Numbered from the stretch's first letter, positions 34,005 to 44,231 are shown. The stretch is DNA of 52,756 nt from a virus (IMGVR_UViG_3300017766_001124:1-52756), one strand, 5' to 3'. Translations and numbers: made by a program. The notes: a model not told the origin generated them from the sequence alone.

Positions 34005-34166
34005 TTACTTGGCCAGTATGTTGACGAGCGTAGCAATGACGCCGCCGGCGCAAGCAACGAGGATCGCCTCCAGCCGCTTGATGCGGAGGATCGTCTCGCG
34101 CCAGCGTTCGTCTTCCTTGGTCTCTAACGCAGTAAGGCGGCTATCGACTTCTTTTAATGAGGTCAC
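34005..34166 (-). CDS. Small coiled-coil plus C-terminal TM protein (53 aa, GTG start, not in ORF track)
   Basis: GGGAG RBS; MTSLKEVDSRLTALETKEDERWRETILRIKRLEAILVACAGGVIATLVNILAK; XhlA/holin-like architecture. Confidence 0.6.
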   Translation of the reverse strand: MTSLKEVDSRLTALETKEDERWRETILRIKRLEAILVACAGGVIATLVNILAK

Positions 34167-34178
34167 CTATGTTCTCCC

Positions 34179-34541
34179 TCACTTCAAGTTCCTCAACTTG
34201 TAGATGGCCGACAGGTAAACACCTGTCAGGGTATCAATCAGGTTAGCGACAGCCCGATTGCCCTGACAGATGTTTTCGTGGTGCTCCTCGATCCATGCTG
34301 CGTCGTCTTCCAGCGCCTTGAGGCAGTCGCTGGGTGTCGTCTTGGGGGCAGGGATAGCCCCAATAAGCTTGAATGCGCCCTGATACGCCTCAACGAGGTC
34401 ATCAATCGCCTCAATCACGTCGTCGTAGAAGGTGCCCAGCGCCATGTGCTTGGAAAAGCTTCCAGTGCCCGTTGCGCGCCAGTGCTCAAAGTGCGCAAGG
34501 TTGCGAGCGTAGAAGACGCGACCGATGAGTTCCTCGATCAT
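34179..34541 (-). CDS. Ferritin/Dps-like four-helix protein (DUF5856-like)
   Basis: AHFEHW...SFSKHMALGTFYD...DDLVEAYQG...YKLRNLK. Confidence 0.75.
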   Translation of the reverse strand: MIEELIGRVFYARNLAHFEHWRATGTGSFSKHMALGTFYDDVIEAIDDLVEAYQGAFKLIGAIPAPKTTPSDCLKALEDDAAWIEEHHENICQGNRAVANLIDTLTGVYLSAIYKLRNLK

Positions 34542-35158
34542 TATGCGATCCTCTCTGAGACTAGGATAATCGACGGGATTGCCGGGGCAATCGCGCCCGC
34601 CGCAGTGAAGTCAACCGTCACCGCCACGTTGGATGGCAGCCACATGATTTCAATGTACTGGCCAGCCGTCACTTGCTCATAAATCACGATCTGAAAGAAC
34701 TGCGCGCCGCCTTCAGACACCTTCGGTATTGTTGTGATGGTCGCAGAGTTGGCAATGTTGGTGCCGTTCAGGCGGAACCAGACAGTGGCCGTATGGTCTG
34801 CGCCTGCGGAGTTTGCAAACTGTATCGAGGGGGCCAGCATATACGTACCAGCCGCCGCGAACGTGATGCGCGTTGGGTTGCCTGATCCGTCGTTGGCGAT
34901 GGTGATGCCCGCGCCAAAGTCTGTGTTCTCTAACTTGATCGCCGTGGCAGCCGAGACACTGCCCGTCTGATCAGTGTTGCTGAACGCCTGAATATATGCT
35001 CGGCCAGACAGCGAAGCGTAGGGCACCGCAGTGGCGCTGTTGCCAATCGCGCTCGCCGCCACCTTACGGCTCTCGCCGCCCTGCACGATCTCTAGCAGCT
35101 CGGTTCCTGCGAGCGGCGTAGTGGCCGCTGTCATATCCGTGATTTTGACGTTTGCCAT
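34541..35158 (-). CDS. Putative fibre/spike with C1q/TNF-like head
   Basis: N-terminal KITDM...GTE..IVQGG; AGTYMLAPSIQF, VWFRLNGTNIANS, GQYIEIMW. Confidence 0.6.
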   Translation of the reverse strand: MANVKITDMTAATTPLAGTELLEIVQGGESRKVAASAIGNSATAVPYASLSGRAYIQAFSNTDQTGSVSAATAIKLENTDFGAGITIANDGSGNPTRITFAAAGTYMLAPSIQFANSAGADHTATVWFRLNGTNIANSATITTIPKVSEGGAQFFQIVIYEQVTAGQYIEIMWLPSNVAVTVDFTAAGAIAPAIPSIILVSERIA

Positions 35159-35188
35159 TAGGGCCTCCTGTTGGCGCTATATCATGAG

Positions 35189-38100
35189 TTAGTAAGGTGT
35201 GAAAGCCTGTGTAGGCGCTGTAAAGTTGGCGGTGTAGCGGGCAACGCCCTTGGTGATGCGGAGGTCATCGAGGTAGCCGACAATCGGGAAGCTACCACTT
35301 AGGCGACTTCCGATTTCCCAGCGCGCAGTATCGTAGGTTGCAGTGTCAGTGTATGTTGATCCAACCTGCGTACCGTTCACAAACAACCGAGTGCTGCTGC
35401 CGCTTTTACAGGCGGCGATATGCTGCCAAGTGTTTGCGGTCAGCGCGCCAGTGCCTGTGATGTTGGGAACGCCTGAGCCCACAGTGACCCAAGAAATGCT
35501 AGTTCCTGAGCTGTAAATTTCCATTTGCAACACGGTGTTTGCTGCGTTGAGCGAGTCAAAATACACCTTGGTTCCACTCGCATCCGTGTACGCCCAGAAC
35601 TCAACCGTCCAGTTGCCCGATCCCAATACAAGAGGCTGGGAATTTGGAATAAATAGACAGCCGGTAGGGATGTAGATCGAAGACCCGCCGAACTTGCTCT
35701 GCACAGTGCTGACCTGCGCGCTGCCGAAAGTCTCCATGTCGTTGATCGCCGTTGCGTCGTATGCGCCAGCGTTCATGCCGTTCGCAAGCAGGACGGTGGC
35801 GGGGGTCGGTGTCAGAGGGGCGCTTGGCGGCGTGAATGTTGCCGTGTAAATCGCGCTGCCTTTGATAATCCGCACGTCAGACACATACCCCTGCATCGGC
35901 GAATAACCGCCAACAGAAGTGGGGCCGTTGCCAATATAGACCGTAGGCGTTGCTGTGGCCCACATCCTGCTCGACGTTGTGTAGGTTGCGGTCTGCTTAA
36001 CGCCGTTGATGTACATGGAGAACACGTTGCTGGCTCGAGTAACCGCAACGTGGTACCATGTGTTAAGTTTATAGGTATCGTTTGCGTTTACGACCGTACC
36101 GCCAAAATCATAGCAAGCGAAGGTGATCTTCTGCGTTCCAGTGTCGAACAGAAGATTTGTCGCCCCCGCAGACGCCCATGTGTTGTTGAAGTTAACGATG
36201 CGCGAGTAGTTTTGGACCGACGTTGCATACACCCAGCATTCCAAGGTGAAGTCACCGCCGCCGATGTCTGTCACATTGGTCGCGGGGACAGTCAGGATGG
36301 TCTCAAGCGCCCCAGTGTTAGTGCTGCTAAAGTACATCGAACCGCCGTTGCTGGCAGTCGTGGACGTGTAGAAGGGATCGAATGACTGTATTTTTGTATC
36401 GCCGTTGACCGTGATAGATAGGGCATTGCTGCTGGTATCAATGAAGCGGGCTGACTGACAGGCAAGGAAACTCGTCCCGCTAACTGCGGTAAGAGGTGAG
36501 GTAGGTGGCGTGAAGGCAGCGGTGTAAAGGGCGGTACCTTTTACGATGCGAACATTGCTCAGGTAGCCGGTTACGTAGGCACTATCTCGCTGGTTGTACC
36601 CAATTCTCAGATCGTTAGACGACGTGCAAGTGCCGGAAACGGTAGAGGATGCCCCAAGAACACCATCGATGAATATGCGGGCGGTGCCACTGGCACGCGC
36701 CACTGCGACGTGATGCCAAGCGCCATCATTTACGTTAACAGAAGCGCGGAACTCATCAAATCCACCTCCGTTACCGCGAGCGAAGTAGACCTCGTTGCCG
36801 CTATTGAAGCGATTGCCGATGCGCCACGTTCCGGCCTCAGTGCCTGTCAGCAGCGTGCCAATCGTCTGGGTGTACGACCCAGAGGCAGCGGCATTGATCC
36901 AGAACTCAACCGTAAAGTCGCCTGTGCCAAGCTGGAAAGCAGCGTTATTTGCTACGGATAGATAGTCACCAGACCCATCAAAATACCCGCTATAATACCC
37001 CGCCTGAAACGGATTGCTCCCCGTGACAGTGGTGTTTCCAGCAATCGTGACGGTGGCATTATTGGTGCTATTGTCCGTGAACGCTGCGTTCTGGCAGGTG
37101 AGCAACCCCGTCCCACTAATAGCTGTCAAAGGCGAAGTCGGCGGCGTAAATGCACCAGTGTAGACAGCGGTGCCCTTTACGGCGCGAAGGTTGCTAATGT
37201 ACCCGTTAAACTCGCCAGCGCCGATGCTATCGCCAGCAGTTCCGACCCACCAGCTATTAGCAGTACCTGTAACCGTTGCGGAACTTGTTGCTGTTCCATT
37301 AGCTACGCCGTTAACGTATAGTGTGATCGTTGACCCGCTGCGCACCAACGCAATATGCGCCCAAGCATTATACACAATGCTATCGGTGCTTTGAATGACA
37401 GGGAAAGAGCCGTTAAACGACACATTATATTTGGCCGTGTTTGCAGACCCGTGACCAGCGAAGATGGCAAAACCGCCGTTGGTAGTGTAGGTGCTGTAAT
37501 TATTAACAATACATGGAAAGCTAGTTACGCGAGCAATTGGGAACACCCAGCACTCAACAGTAAAATCTCCGGGGAACTGAAGCCCAGTTGAGTATGGGTA
37601 AGCAAGATAATCCCCAGTCCCATCAAAATACCCAGACCAATACTGAATGTCGCTCTGGTTGTAGGTGATGCCGGGATAGGCAGGAGCAAACGGGCTGAAG
37701 CTCTGGACCTTGGTGTCGCCGTTAGCGGTGATCGTGAAGTTGTTCGTGCTGGCATCGCGGAAGCGGTTGCTCTGACAGGTGAGCAGCGATGTGCCACTGA
37801 TCGCAGTGAGTGGCGATGTGGGGGGTGTGAAGGCAGCAGTGTAGACGGCTGTTCCGTTCACGATGCGATAGTTGCTTAGATTGCCGTTAAAAAAGTAATC
37901 AAGCGCCTGCCCAGCGCCGACTTTCAGTGCTGTGTTGCTTAGTGTACGGCTTACACTGGTCGGGCTTATGTCTTGCGCGCCGTTAATGTATGTAGTCCAA
38001 GATCCGCTAGAACGAACCAACGCAAAGTGCGTCCACGTATTAACAGACACATTGATGGTAGGCGTCCCGATGAAGCCGTTGCTATATATGGAAACCTTGT

Positions 38101-38599
38101 TTGGATATGAAGCGTGGTTGTAGATAACGCAAAACCCAGCAGCATCATTTGTCGATGCGCGGGTATCGTAAAAATACTGGTACTGCCCAGTTCCGGTCGA
38201 GTATATCCAGCACTCAAACGTAAAGTCACCCGTACTTAAAGCCGTCGGTGATACAGTCAGGTAATCCCCAGACCCATCAAAATAGTTCGACCAGTCCGCC
38301 CCGTAAGGCGTGAACGACCCCTGTGTGGTGGTGCTGCCACGACTGATTGGGTTGAACGCGCCACTGCTGTCAACGAACAGGTTGTTGTTAGCGTTGCCCA
38401 GAGCGGTCGTTGAGAGCAGCAGGGAGACGTAAGGAAAGTACGTATCAGGAGCTTGGATGTTCGCGTTGGGCCACACGCCCTGCTTAACCCAATAGGCAAC
38501 ATCATCCATGCGCCAGACGCCCGGAGCGCGGCCAGCAGTAGTCGGCCCCGTCGGGGTCGCTGGAGACTTAGTGATGATGTTTGCCGGATACCTGCTCAT
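35189..38599 (-). CDS. Multi-LamG (concanavalin A-like) receptor-binding protein
   Basis: Five LamG-like units (DFT.E.W, W.H.A..R.G, GY.S..RI.KG.A.YT..FTPP), repeated YFDGSGDYL. Confidence 0.85.
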   Translation of the reverse strand: MSRYPANIITKSPATPTGPTTAGRAPGVWRMDDVAYWVKQGVWPNANIQAPDTYFPYVSLLLSTTALGNANNNLFVDSSGAFNPISRGSTTTQGSFTPYGADWSNYFDGSGDYLTVSPTALSTGDFTFECWIYSTGTGQYQYFYDTRASTNDAAGFCVIYNHASYPNKVSIYSNGFIGTPTINVSVNTWTHFALVRSSGSWTTYINGAQDISPTSVSRTLSNTALKVGAGQALDYFFNGNLSNYRIVNGTAVYTAAFTPPTSPLTAISGTSLLTCQSNRFRDASTNNFTITANGDTKVQSFSPFAPAYPGITYNQSDIQYWSGYFDGTGDYLAYPYSTGLQFPGDFTVECWVFPIARVTSFPCIVNNYSTYTTNGGFAIFAGHGSANTAKYNVSFNGSFPVIQSTDSIVYNAWAHIALVRSGSTITLYVNGVANGTATSSATVTGTANSWWVGTAGDSIGAGEFNGYISNLRAVKGTAVYTGAFTPPTSPLTAISGTGLLTCQNAAFTDNSTNNATVTIAGNTTVTGSNPFQAGYYSGYFDGSGDYLSVANNAAFQLGTGDFTVEFWINAAASGSYTQTIGTLLTGTEAGTWRIGNRFNSGNEVYFARGNGGGFDEFRASVNVNDGAWHHVAVARASGTARIFIDGVLGASSTVSGTCTSSNDLRIGYNQRDSAYVTGYLSNVRIVKGTALYTAAFTPPTSPLTAVSGTSFLACQSARFIDTSSNALSITVNGDTKIQSFDPFYTSTTASNGGSMYFSSTNTGALETILTVPATNVTDIGGGDFTLECWVYATSVQNYSRIVNFNNTWASAGATNLLFDTGTQKITFACYDFGGTVVNANDTYKLNTWYHVAVTRASNVFSMYINGVKQTATYTTSSRMWATATPTVYIGNGPTSVGGYSPMQGYVSDVRIIKGSAIYTATFTPPSAPLTPTPATVLLANGMNAGAYDATAINDMETFGSAQVSTVQSKFGGSSIYIPTGCLFIPNSQPLVLGSGNWTVEFWAYTDASGTKVYFDSLNAANTVLQMEIYSSGTSISWVTVGSGVPNITGTGALTANTWQHIAACKSGSSTRLFVNGTQVGSTYTDTATYDTARWEIGSRLSGSFPIVGYLDDLRITKGVARYTANFTAPTQAFTPY

Positions 38600-38869
38600 T
38601 TACACTTCCTCCCATAGACAGGTATCTTCATTAAGTGACCAATTTCCTTCGGGCCTTGGCGGAATAAAAGCATCTCGCTGCGCATCGTATGCGTATCCCA
38701 GACCTGCAAAGTTTTTGCGCAACGGACGGCCTTCAGGGTGCTGGCCGCCATGCGTGTTGTACGAGGTCTGCACCCAGCCATCGCCAAACAAGCCGCTATC
38801 AATAACATCCTGCTCGGCCACGATGACCTGAGTTACAATCCCGTCTTCAACCTTTGCAAAATGTCCCAT
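38600..38869 (-). CDS. Conserved fibre-associated small protein
   Basis: MGHFAKV...WVQTSYN...PLRKNFAG.GY.YD..RDAFIPP; family typically beside glycine-rich fibre genes. Confidence 0.75.
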   Translation of the reverse strand: MGHFAKVEDGIVTQVIVAEQDVIDSGLFGDGWVQTSYNTHGGQHPEGRPLRKNFAGLGYAYDAQRDAFIPPRPEGNWSLNEDTCLWEEV

Positions 38870-38877
38870 ATCCAACC

Positions 38878-39825
38878 TTAGTATGTAATCGAGCCACTGC
38901 TTGTGAAAGTATAAATAGTGTAGCTGCCGGACGTTGTAACAGTTGGAGACCCAGTTGTGGAAGCCGCAGCTCGAAGCGCGCGGATAATAACCACGCCAGA
39001 GCCACCAGAGCCGCCTCCAATAGTGTCGTATTCGCGCGTTCCGCCACCGCCACCGCCGCCTCTGTTAGCCGTGCCGTTCGAACCATTGCCGTTCATGCCG
39101 ACGCCCCCAGCGCCGCCGCCACCTGCGCCACCGGCACCACCCGTTGCGCCAGTATAGATGCCAGTAAATGTTCCGCCGCCCCCGCCGCCAGCGTATGTCA
39201 CTGAAGATCCAGTAATCGTGGAGGCGGTCCCTGCGCCGCCAGCGCCACCGCCACCAGTGCTACCATTGCCACCAACAGCACTTGCGCCACCACCACCACC
39301 AGCGCCTGCGTCTTGACCGGAACCACTGCCGCCGTTGGAACCCTGAGAAGGTGTTGTGCTTGGCGTGTTACCAGCGCCGCCAGCATACGCGCCAGCAGCC
39401 CAGTCACCACCGCCGCCGCCAGAGCCGCCAGTGCCGCCCGTAGCTTGCGCGCCACCGCGTCCGCCACCAGCAGAAGTAATGGTTGAGAATACTGAGTTTG
39501 ACCCTGCCGTGCCATTTATTGGGCTACCACCAGACGCTGTACCACCAGCACCGCCAGCGCCGACTGTTACTGTGTACGCCGTGCCGTTATCCAGCAAAAA
39601 TCCGGTGCCAGTGCGGAAACCGCCTGCGCCGCCACCACCAAACACGTTTGCGCCGCCCCCGCCGCCAGCCACAACAAGGTAATCAACAGAAACCGAAGTG
39701 GTCGGCCACGTCCCCGCCGCATTCTGCTGCATCTGCTGATCAAGCGTCCATGACCCAGAAGCCGCTGTCGTGCTGGGCGTGGGTGGATTAGCAGTTATGA
39801 AACCACCGCGATAGCGCCGGGACAT
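38878..39825 (-). CDS. Glycine-rich fibre/receptor-binding protein
   Basis: VDYLVVAGGGGG, GGGGAGGFRTG, GGSGVVIIR, YTFTSSGSITY. Confidence 0.8.
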   Translation of the reverse strand: MSRRYRGGFITANPPTPSTTAASGSWTLDQQMQQNAAGTWPTTSVSVDYLVVAGGGGGANVFGGGGAGGFRTGTGFLLDNGTAYTVTVGAGGAGGTASGGSPINGTAGSNSVFSTITSAGGGRGGAQATGGTGGSGGGGGDWAAGAYAGGAGNTPSTTPSQGSNGGSGSGQDAGAGGGGGASAVGGNGSTGGGGAGGAGTASTITGSSVTYAGGGGGGTFTGIYTGATGGAGGAGGGGAGGVGMNGNGSNGTANRGGGGGGGTREYDTIGGGSGGSGVVIIRALRAAASTTGSPTVTTSGSYTIYTFTSSGSITY

Positions 39826-39836
39826 ATGTTAGCCCC

Positions 39837-40232
39837 TTATGAAAGTTCTTCGTAGCTCAAGGTGTACGTGATGCCGCTCGCAGTACCCGACGTGACGGTA
39901 ATGCTCGTGCCTTCTTCAAGGTAAATCTGCGTCGTCTTGTCAGCGATGATCAGTGAGGCATCAGCCGGAACCGAGATCGTGGAGGCAATCGGGTAGGCGG
40001 TGCCGCCCGAAGGGGCCGACCCCTGAGCGACAGCACCATTCGTGTAGATCGAAACCGTGCAGTCAACAGCCGAGGTGCCGTTCACGTTAGCCGCGATGAT
40101 CTGATTGATCTTGAAGACCTTACCAGATGACGCTGCGTTAGGAAGCAGGACCACAGCCGTAGTCGCAGACGGCGTAAGATACGTCGTTTTGCCTGTCGCG
40201 GTCGTGAGACCAAGGATGTTTGGAGCCGCCAT
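39837..40232 (-). CDS. Fibre adaptor-like beta protein
   Basis: MAAPNI, KVFKINQI, ISVPADASL, YLEEG, SYEELS. Confidence 0.65.
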   Translation of the reverse strand: MAAPNILGLTTATGKTTYLTPSATTAVVLLPNAASSGKVFKINQIIAANVNGTSAVDCTVSIYTNGAVAQGSAPSGGTAYPIASTISVPADASLIIADKTTQIYLEEGTSITVTSGTASGITYTLSYEELS

Positions 40233-40242
40233 AATTCAGTCC

Positions 40243-42936
40243 TTATAGCCCGAAGAGGAAGTTAATGCCAGTGACCTTCGCCTGCGATATACCCGTCGCG
40301 GCTGGAGCCTGTGATACCCAAGTCGTGCCGTTGCTGACAAGCACGTTGCCATTGGTGCCCGGCGCCACCGTCTGCACGGCGCTGGTGCCGTTACCAAGCA
40401 GCACAGCGTTGGCTGAGAGCGTAGATGCGCCCGTGCCGCCATTGCCGACCGGAAGAGTGCCCGTGACGCCAGTCGTCAGCGGAAGGCCCGTTGCGTTGGT
40501 CAGCGTGCCAGATGAAGGCGTCCCAAGTACGCCGCCCTGAACAACGACAGAGCCAGCGGTACCAATGTTTGTGCCCAGCGCCGTCGAAACGTAAAGCCCT
40601 AATCCGCTGACGCCCGTCGAGATCGGCAGGCCCGTGGCATTCGTCAGGACACCCGCAGAGGGCGTGCCAAGGTTCGGCGTCGTAAAGACTGGCGATGTGG
40701 TCAGTGCGACGACTGTGCCGCTGCCTGATGTCGTGTAGCTGGTGCCCCAAGCCGAGCCTGTGCTGTTCGGAATGCCAGCGCCGGGGTAGACCATGCTGGT
40801 CGGGGCTGCCGTCCACGTAGCGGTCGTGCCGTTCGATGTCAGAAGGTAGCCGTTAGCACCGATGGCCAGTCGCGTGGCGCTATTTGCGCCATTGCCGATG
40901 ATGAGATCGCCGGTCGTCGTGATCGGAGACAGTGCGTTGAACGCCGCAGAAGCGGTCGTCTGGCCAGTTCCGCCGTTTGCAATAGATACTGGAGCCGAAA
41001 GGCTGAACTGCGTGCCAGTCAGCGTCAGGCCGTTGCCAGCGCTGTAAATCTGCGCAGACGATACCTGCACGAACGAAATGGCCGTCGTGCCGAACACAAT
41101 CGGACTGGCCGCATTGCAGACGTAGGTTTCGCCAGCGCCTGTGTTGCCCGACGTGACAAAGAAGGCGTCGCCGTTACCGAGAGCGTCCGTGTCCTTGAGG
41201 CCGTAGCTGTCAGCATCCGTAGCGCGGGTCAGAACCCAGTTCGTGCTGCCACTGCCGACTGTGGTGACGGTATAAACGCCGTTCTCGAAAGCGTTGGTCT
41301 GGTTGTAGACAAGGATGCGATCACCAACAGAGGCCACCACACCATCAGGCGTAAATGCCACCTGAGTGCCAGCGTTAGTGAGTGTCGCCCCAACGCCAAC
41401 ACCAGCGCCGCCCGGCTGGTTATATGTCGCAGTCAGGTTCCCAGTGGTGCTTGGGACTTCGTACTTGACCGGCGAGTGATATGTGATGCCCGAAGACACC
41501 AGACCATCAACATACTGCTTGGTCGCAACCTGAAGCGCTGTGCTTGGGTCGCCAGCCACCGTCACCTGCGTCAGAGACGGCGTCATGGTGTAGGCTGGAG
41601 CGCCCCCACTGGCCGCAATAACACCCGTGCTGGACGCAAGGAACGTCGTCGTGCCAGAGCCAGTCTGGTAGGGAATAGACCCGTTTGCGCCGCCAGCAAG
41701 GTTTGTCGCCGTGCCAATCGTGATGTTGGCTGGGTTCAGATACTGCGGAGCCGTTCCGTTAGAACCCAACAGATAGCCGTTTGTTCCAACCGATAGCTTA
41801 TCAAGTTGCGTGGTCGTGTTAGCGAACAGAATGTCGCCAACCGAATAGCCAGTGATGCCCGTACCGCCGCTGGTCGGAGCCAGTGTGCCGCCGATGGTGA
41901 TCGTGCCAGCCGCCGTGATCGGGCCACCCGTCGTCGTCAGGCCCGTCGTGCCGCCAGAGACGGCAACGCTGGTGACCGTGCCCAGACCTGAGATCGTCGT
42001 CCACTCAACGTCAGTTGCGCCAGAGTTCAACGTCAGCGCCTTACCTGCGTTGCCAGCATAGCTAGGCAGCAAGTTAACGCGCGCACCTGCCGCTGTCGTG
42101 GCGTTCGTGCCGCCATTAGCGATGGCAAGCGTGCCACTCAAAACGTAGGCAGGGCCGCTGATCCCGAAGGACAGACCCGTCGTACCGCCTGATAGATTGT
42201 ACCAATCAGGAGCCGAAAGCGCCCCGCCAGACACGAAAATCTGACCAATGCTGCCGCCATTAGACAGCGCGGTCTGAGACCCGGTAGAATAGAGGATGGC
42301 ACCGGCAGCAGGCGAGAGCGAACTGCCGGTGCCGCCACGAGACATGGGGAGCACTCCAGAGGTCTCAGTGGTATCGGACAGATCGACAGCCGGGTGAACG
42401 TGGTCGTCGCGTGCTGCAAAGGTGCTTGCGCCAGCAGTGGCGCTGCCGCCGGGCAGTGGCGTCGCAGCGGTAAGTGCCAGCGAGATCGTGCGGTCAGCAG
42501 CCAGTGTGCCGCCGCCAGACAATCCGTTACCCGCAATGATCGAGCGCGATGTCGGGACGTAACCACTCAGGCTGATTGGCGTAGTGGTCGCAACCTCTAC
42601 TCGGCCTTTTGCATCCACCGTGAGAACTGGGATCGTAGAAGACGAGCCGTAGGTGCCAGCAGTGACACCGCTATCAGCAAGCTGAGTATAACCGACCCCG
42701 CCAGCAGCAATAGATATAACACGATTAGCAGAAAGGTCGCCCCCACCAGTAAGGCCGCCGCCTCCAGTAATCGTCCGGCTCGACGGCACAGCGCCAACAG
42801 ACGCGATGTTACCGAAGCGAACCTTGTAGGTGACGCCGTTGAGGACATAGGGCAAATATCCGTCTTGGCTCAGACCGTCATACTCGGTGAGCTGCGAAAT
42901 GCGTGTCGGAACCAGATTTGAGGGAACAGTTGTCAT
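40243..42936 (-). CDS. Long tail fibre protein
   Basis: GGGDLSANR repeats, ARDDHVHP, ATKQYVD, DRILVYNQT..ENGVY...LTRATDAD, LGTPSSGTLTNATGLP. Confidence 0.85.
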   Translation of the reverse strand: MTTVPSNLVPTRISQLTEYDGLSQDGYLPYVLNGVTYKVRFGNIASVGAVPSSRTITGGGGLTGGGDLSANRVISIAAGGVGYTQLADSGVTAGTYGSSSTIPVLTVDAKGRVEVATTTPISLSGYVPTSRSIIAGNGLSGGGTLAADRTISLALTAATPLPGGSATAGASTFAARDDHVHPAVDLSDTTETSGVLPMSRGGTGSSLSPAAGAILYSTGSQTALSNGGSIGQIFVSGGALSAPDWYNLSGGTTGLSFGISGPAYVLSGTLAIANGGTNATTAAGARVNLLPSYAGNAGKALTLNSGATDVEWTTISGLGTVTSVAVSGGTTGLTTTGGPITAAGTITIGGTLAPTSGGTGITGYSVGDILFANTTTQLDKLSVGTNGYLLGSNGTAPQYLNPANITIGTATNLAGGANGSIPYQTGSGTTTFLASSTGVIAASGGAPAYTMTPSLTQVTVAGDPSTALQVATKQYVDGLVSSGITYHSPVKYEVPSTTGNLTATYNQPGGAGVGVGATLTNAGTQVAFTPDGVVASVGDRILVYNQTNAFENGVYTVTTVGSGSTNWVLTRATDADSYGLKDTDALGNGDAFFVTSGNTGAGETYVCNAASPIVFGTTAISFVQVSSAQIYSAGNGLTLTGTQFSLSAPVSIANGGTGQTTASAAFNALSPITTTGDLIIGNGANSATRLAIGANGYLLTSNGTTATWTAAPTSMVYPGAGIPNSTGSAWGTSYTTSGSGTVVALTTSPVFTTPNLGTPSAGVLTNATGLPISTGVSGLGLYVSTALGTNIGTAGSVVVQGGVLGTPSSGTLTNATGLPLTTGVTGTLPVGNGGTGASTLSANAVLLGNGTSAVQTVAPGTNGNVLVSNGTTWVSQAPAATGISQAKVTGINFLFGL

Positions 42937-43239
42937 TTACGGCTCCAGATATTCTTCAAAGTCCTCGCTAACGAGGAAGTAGCTGTCGTCTTCAGTCGGC
43001 AAACCAAGTGGATCTGTGCCAATTGGCGTGTCAGGACGCGCAAATTGCAGCGCAATCTTCTCAGGTTGCCGCGCAGGAAGGCGATATGGGTCGTATTCGT
43101 CCCGATCTTCGAGGCAAACCTTCAATCCGGGGTAATTTGGGTCCGAATAGAGGTCATCGAGGCTCATTTTGCGTGAGCAACGGCCGCAAATCCCGATTGC
43201 AAGGGTCGATCTACCGCGTGTGTCGAGATAAACGCTCAT
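42937..43239 (-). CDS. Small Cys-containing virion protein
   Basis: ICGRCS...GLKVC..D.D.YDP...ARPD, conserved next to neck genes. Confidence 0.7.
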   Translation of the reverse strand: MSVYLDTRGRSTLAIGICGRCSRKMSLDDLYSDPNYPGLKVCLEDRDEYDPYRLPARQPEKIALQFARPDTPIGTDPLGLPTEDDSYFLVSEDFEEYLEP

Positions 43240-43241
43240 AA

Positions 43242-44231
43242 TTACCTCGTGTACATGCTGATATTGGGCGCGATCATCATCGGGCTGTTGTCGCGCTCTT
43301 CAGCCTGCGCAATATACAGCGCACTTTGGGCTTTTGCGTCCAACAAACCGATCATGTTCGGGTCAACTTCGACGATTTCGAGCGCCATCTTGGCTGCCAG
43401 CATGGAAACAATGGCCTCATACCAACGCTGAGGCACCTCAAGCTCCTGCGTCATGGTGCCAACGTCCATAATGTAGCGCTGCACCCACAACACAAGCTGG
43501 CAATAGTCCGCGCCGCTGTTCGGAACGGGCCACAGGTGCATCACTGGGTTCGGAATGAGGCGGTCGTACCAGTATTGCAGGGAGCGATTGCTCTGGAAAT
43601 ACTTGTTCGGCAGGTTCGTGTAGTCGTCGCGGTTCATGCGCGCCAACGGGATTTCGGTCGGCGTGTTGCCGGTGTAGATTTCTTCAAATACGAGAGTGCC
43701 ACTCGTGGCCCGCACGCGGAAATACGGCGTGGCAACTGAACTGTCGAGGTCGTACCAAGTCCACTCACCCGACACTGCGGACGGGTTTTCGGTCTGGATG
43801 GTTTCCCAAACGATGTTGTCGGTTGAGCGTTCAAGCGCAATCGGAACCGATGCGGCCAGCCACTTAACGCCCACTGTTGTCACGAACGTATCGCCGCCAA
43901 ACGCAATGGTGTGCGTGGTTGAGGTGGTCGTGTTGACGCCAGAGACGGTCTGGAGCTGACGGAAGTTGCTGTTCAGGATGTCAACAACCTTGGTATCAAG
44001 GATGACATCGCCAACGCCGTTGTAGAGCGGGATGATCTGCTTCTCGATGCACCACAGAGGCGCGCCCATGTTAGCGAGGTCGGAGAGCAACAGATAGAGC
44101 TGGTCGTTCGCAATATCGACGTATTCAGCCGTGATGCTTTCAGCAGGCAGCTTGCAGCGGCGTATCGAATTTTCGATCACCTTCCGCGTGTTGAATACCG
44201 TTTGTGAAACCGTGTTGCTGTAAGCCATCAA
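43242..44231 (-). CDS. Head-to-tail connector/neck protein
   Basis: LSDLAN.G..LW, RDDYTNLPNK, LWPVP, VPQRWYEAI...LA, AEERD. Confidence 0.7.
   Translation of the reverse strand: MMAYSNTVSQTVFNTRKVIENSIRRCKLPAESITAEYVDIANDQLYLLLSDLANMGAPLWCIEKQIIPLYNGVGDVILDTKVVDILNSNFRQLQTVSGVNTTTSTTHTIAFGGDTFVTTVGVKWLAASVPIALERSTDNIVWETIQTENPSAVSGEWTWYDLDSSVATPYFRVRATSGTLVFEEIYTGNTPTEIPLARMNRDDYTNLPNKYFQSNRSLQYWYDRLIPNPVMHLWPVPNSGADYCQLVLWVQRYIMDVGTMTQELEVPQRWYEAIVSMLAAKMALEIVEVDPNMIGLLDAKAQSALYIAQAEERDNSPMMIAPNISMYTR

Noticed and set aside
35189-38599. Diversity-generating retroelement target/template repeats in the LamG gene
   Set aside because: The repeats are domain duplications differing at all bases rather than only adenines, and there is no reverse transcriptase in the window.
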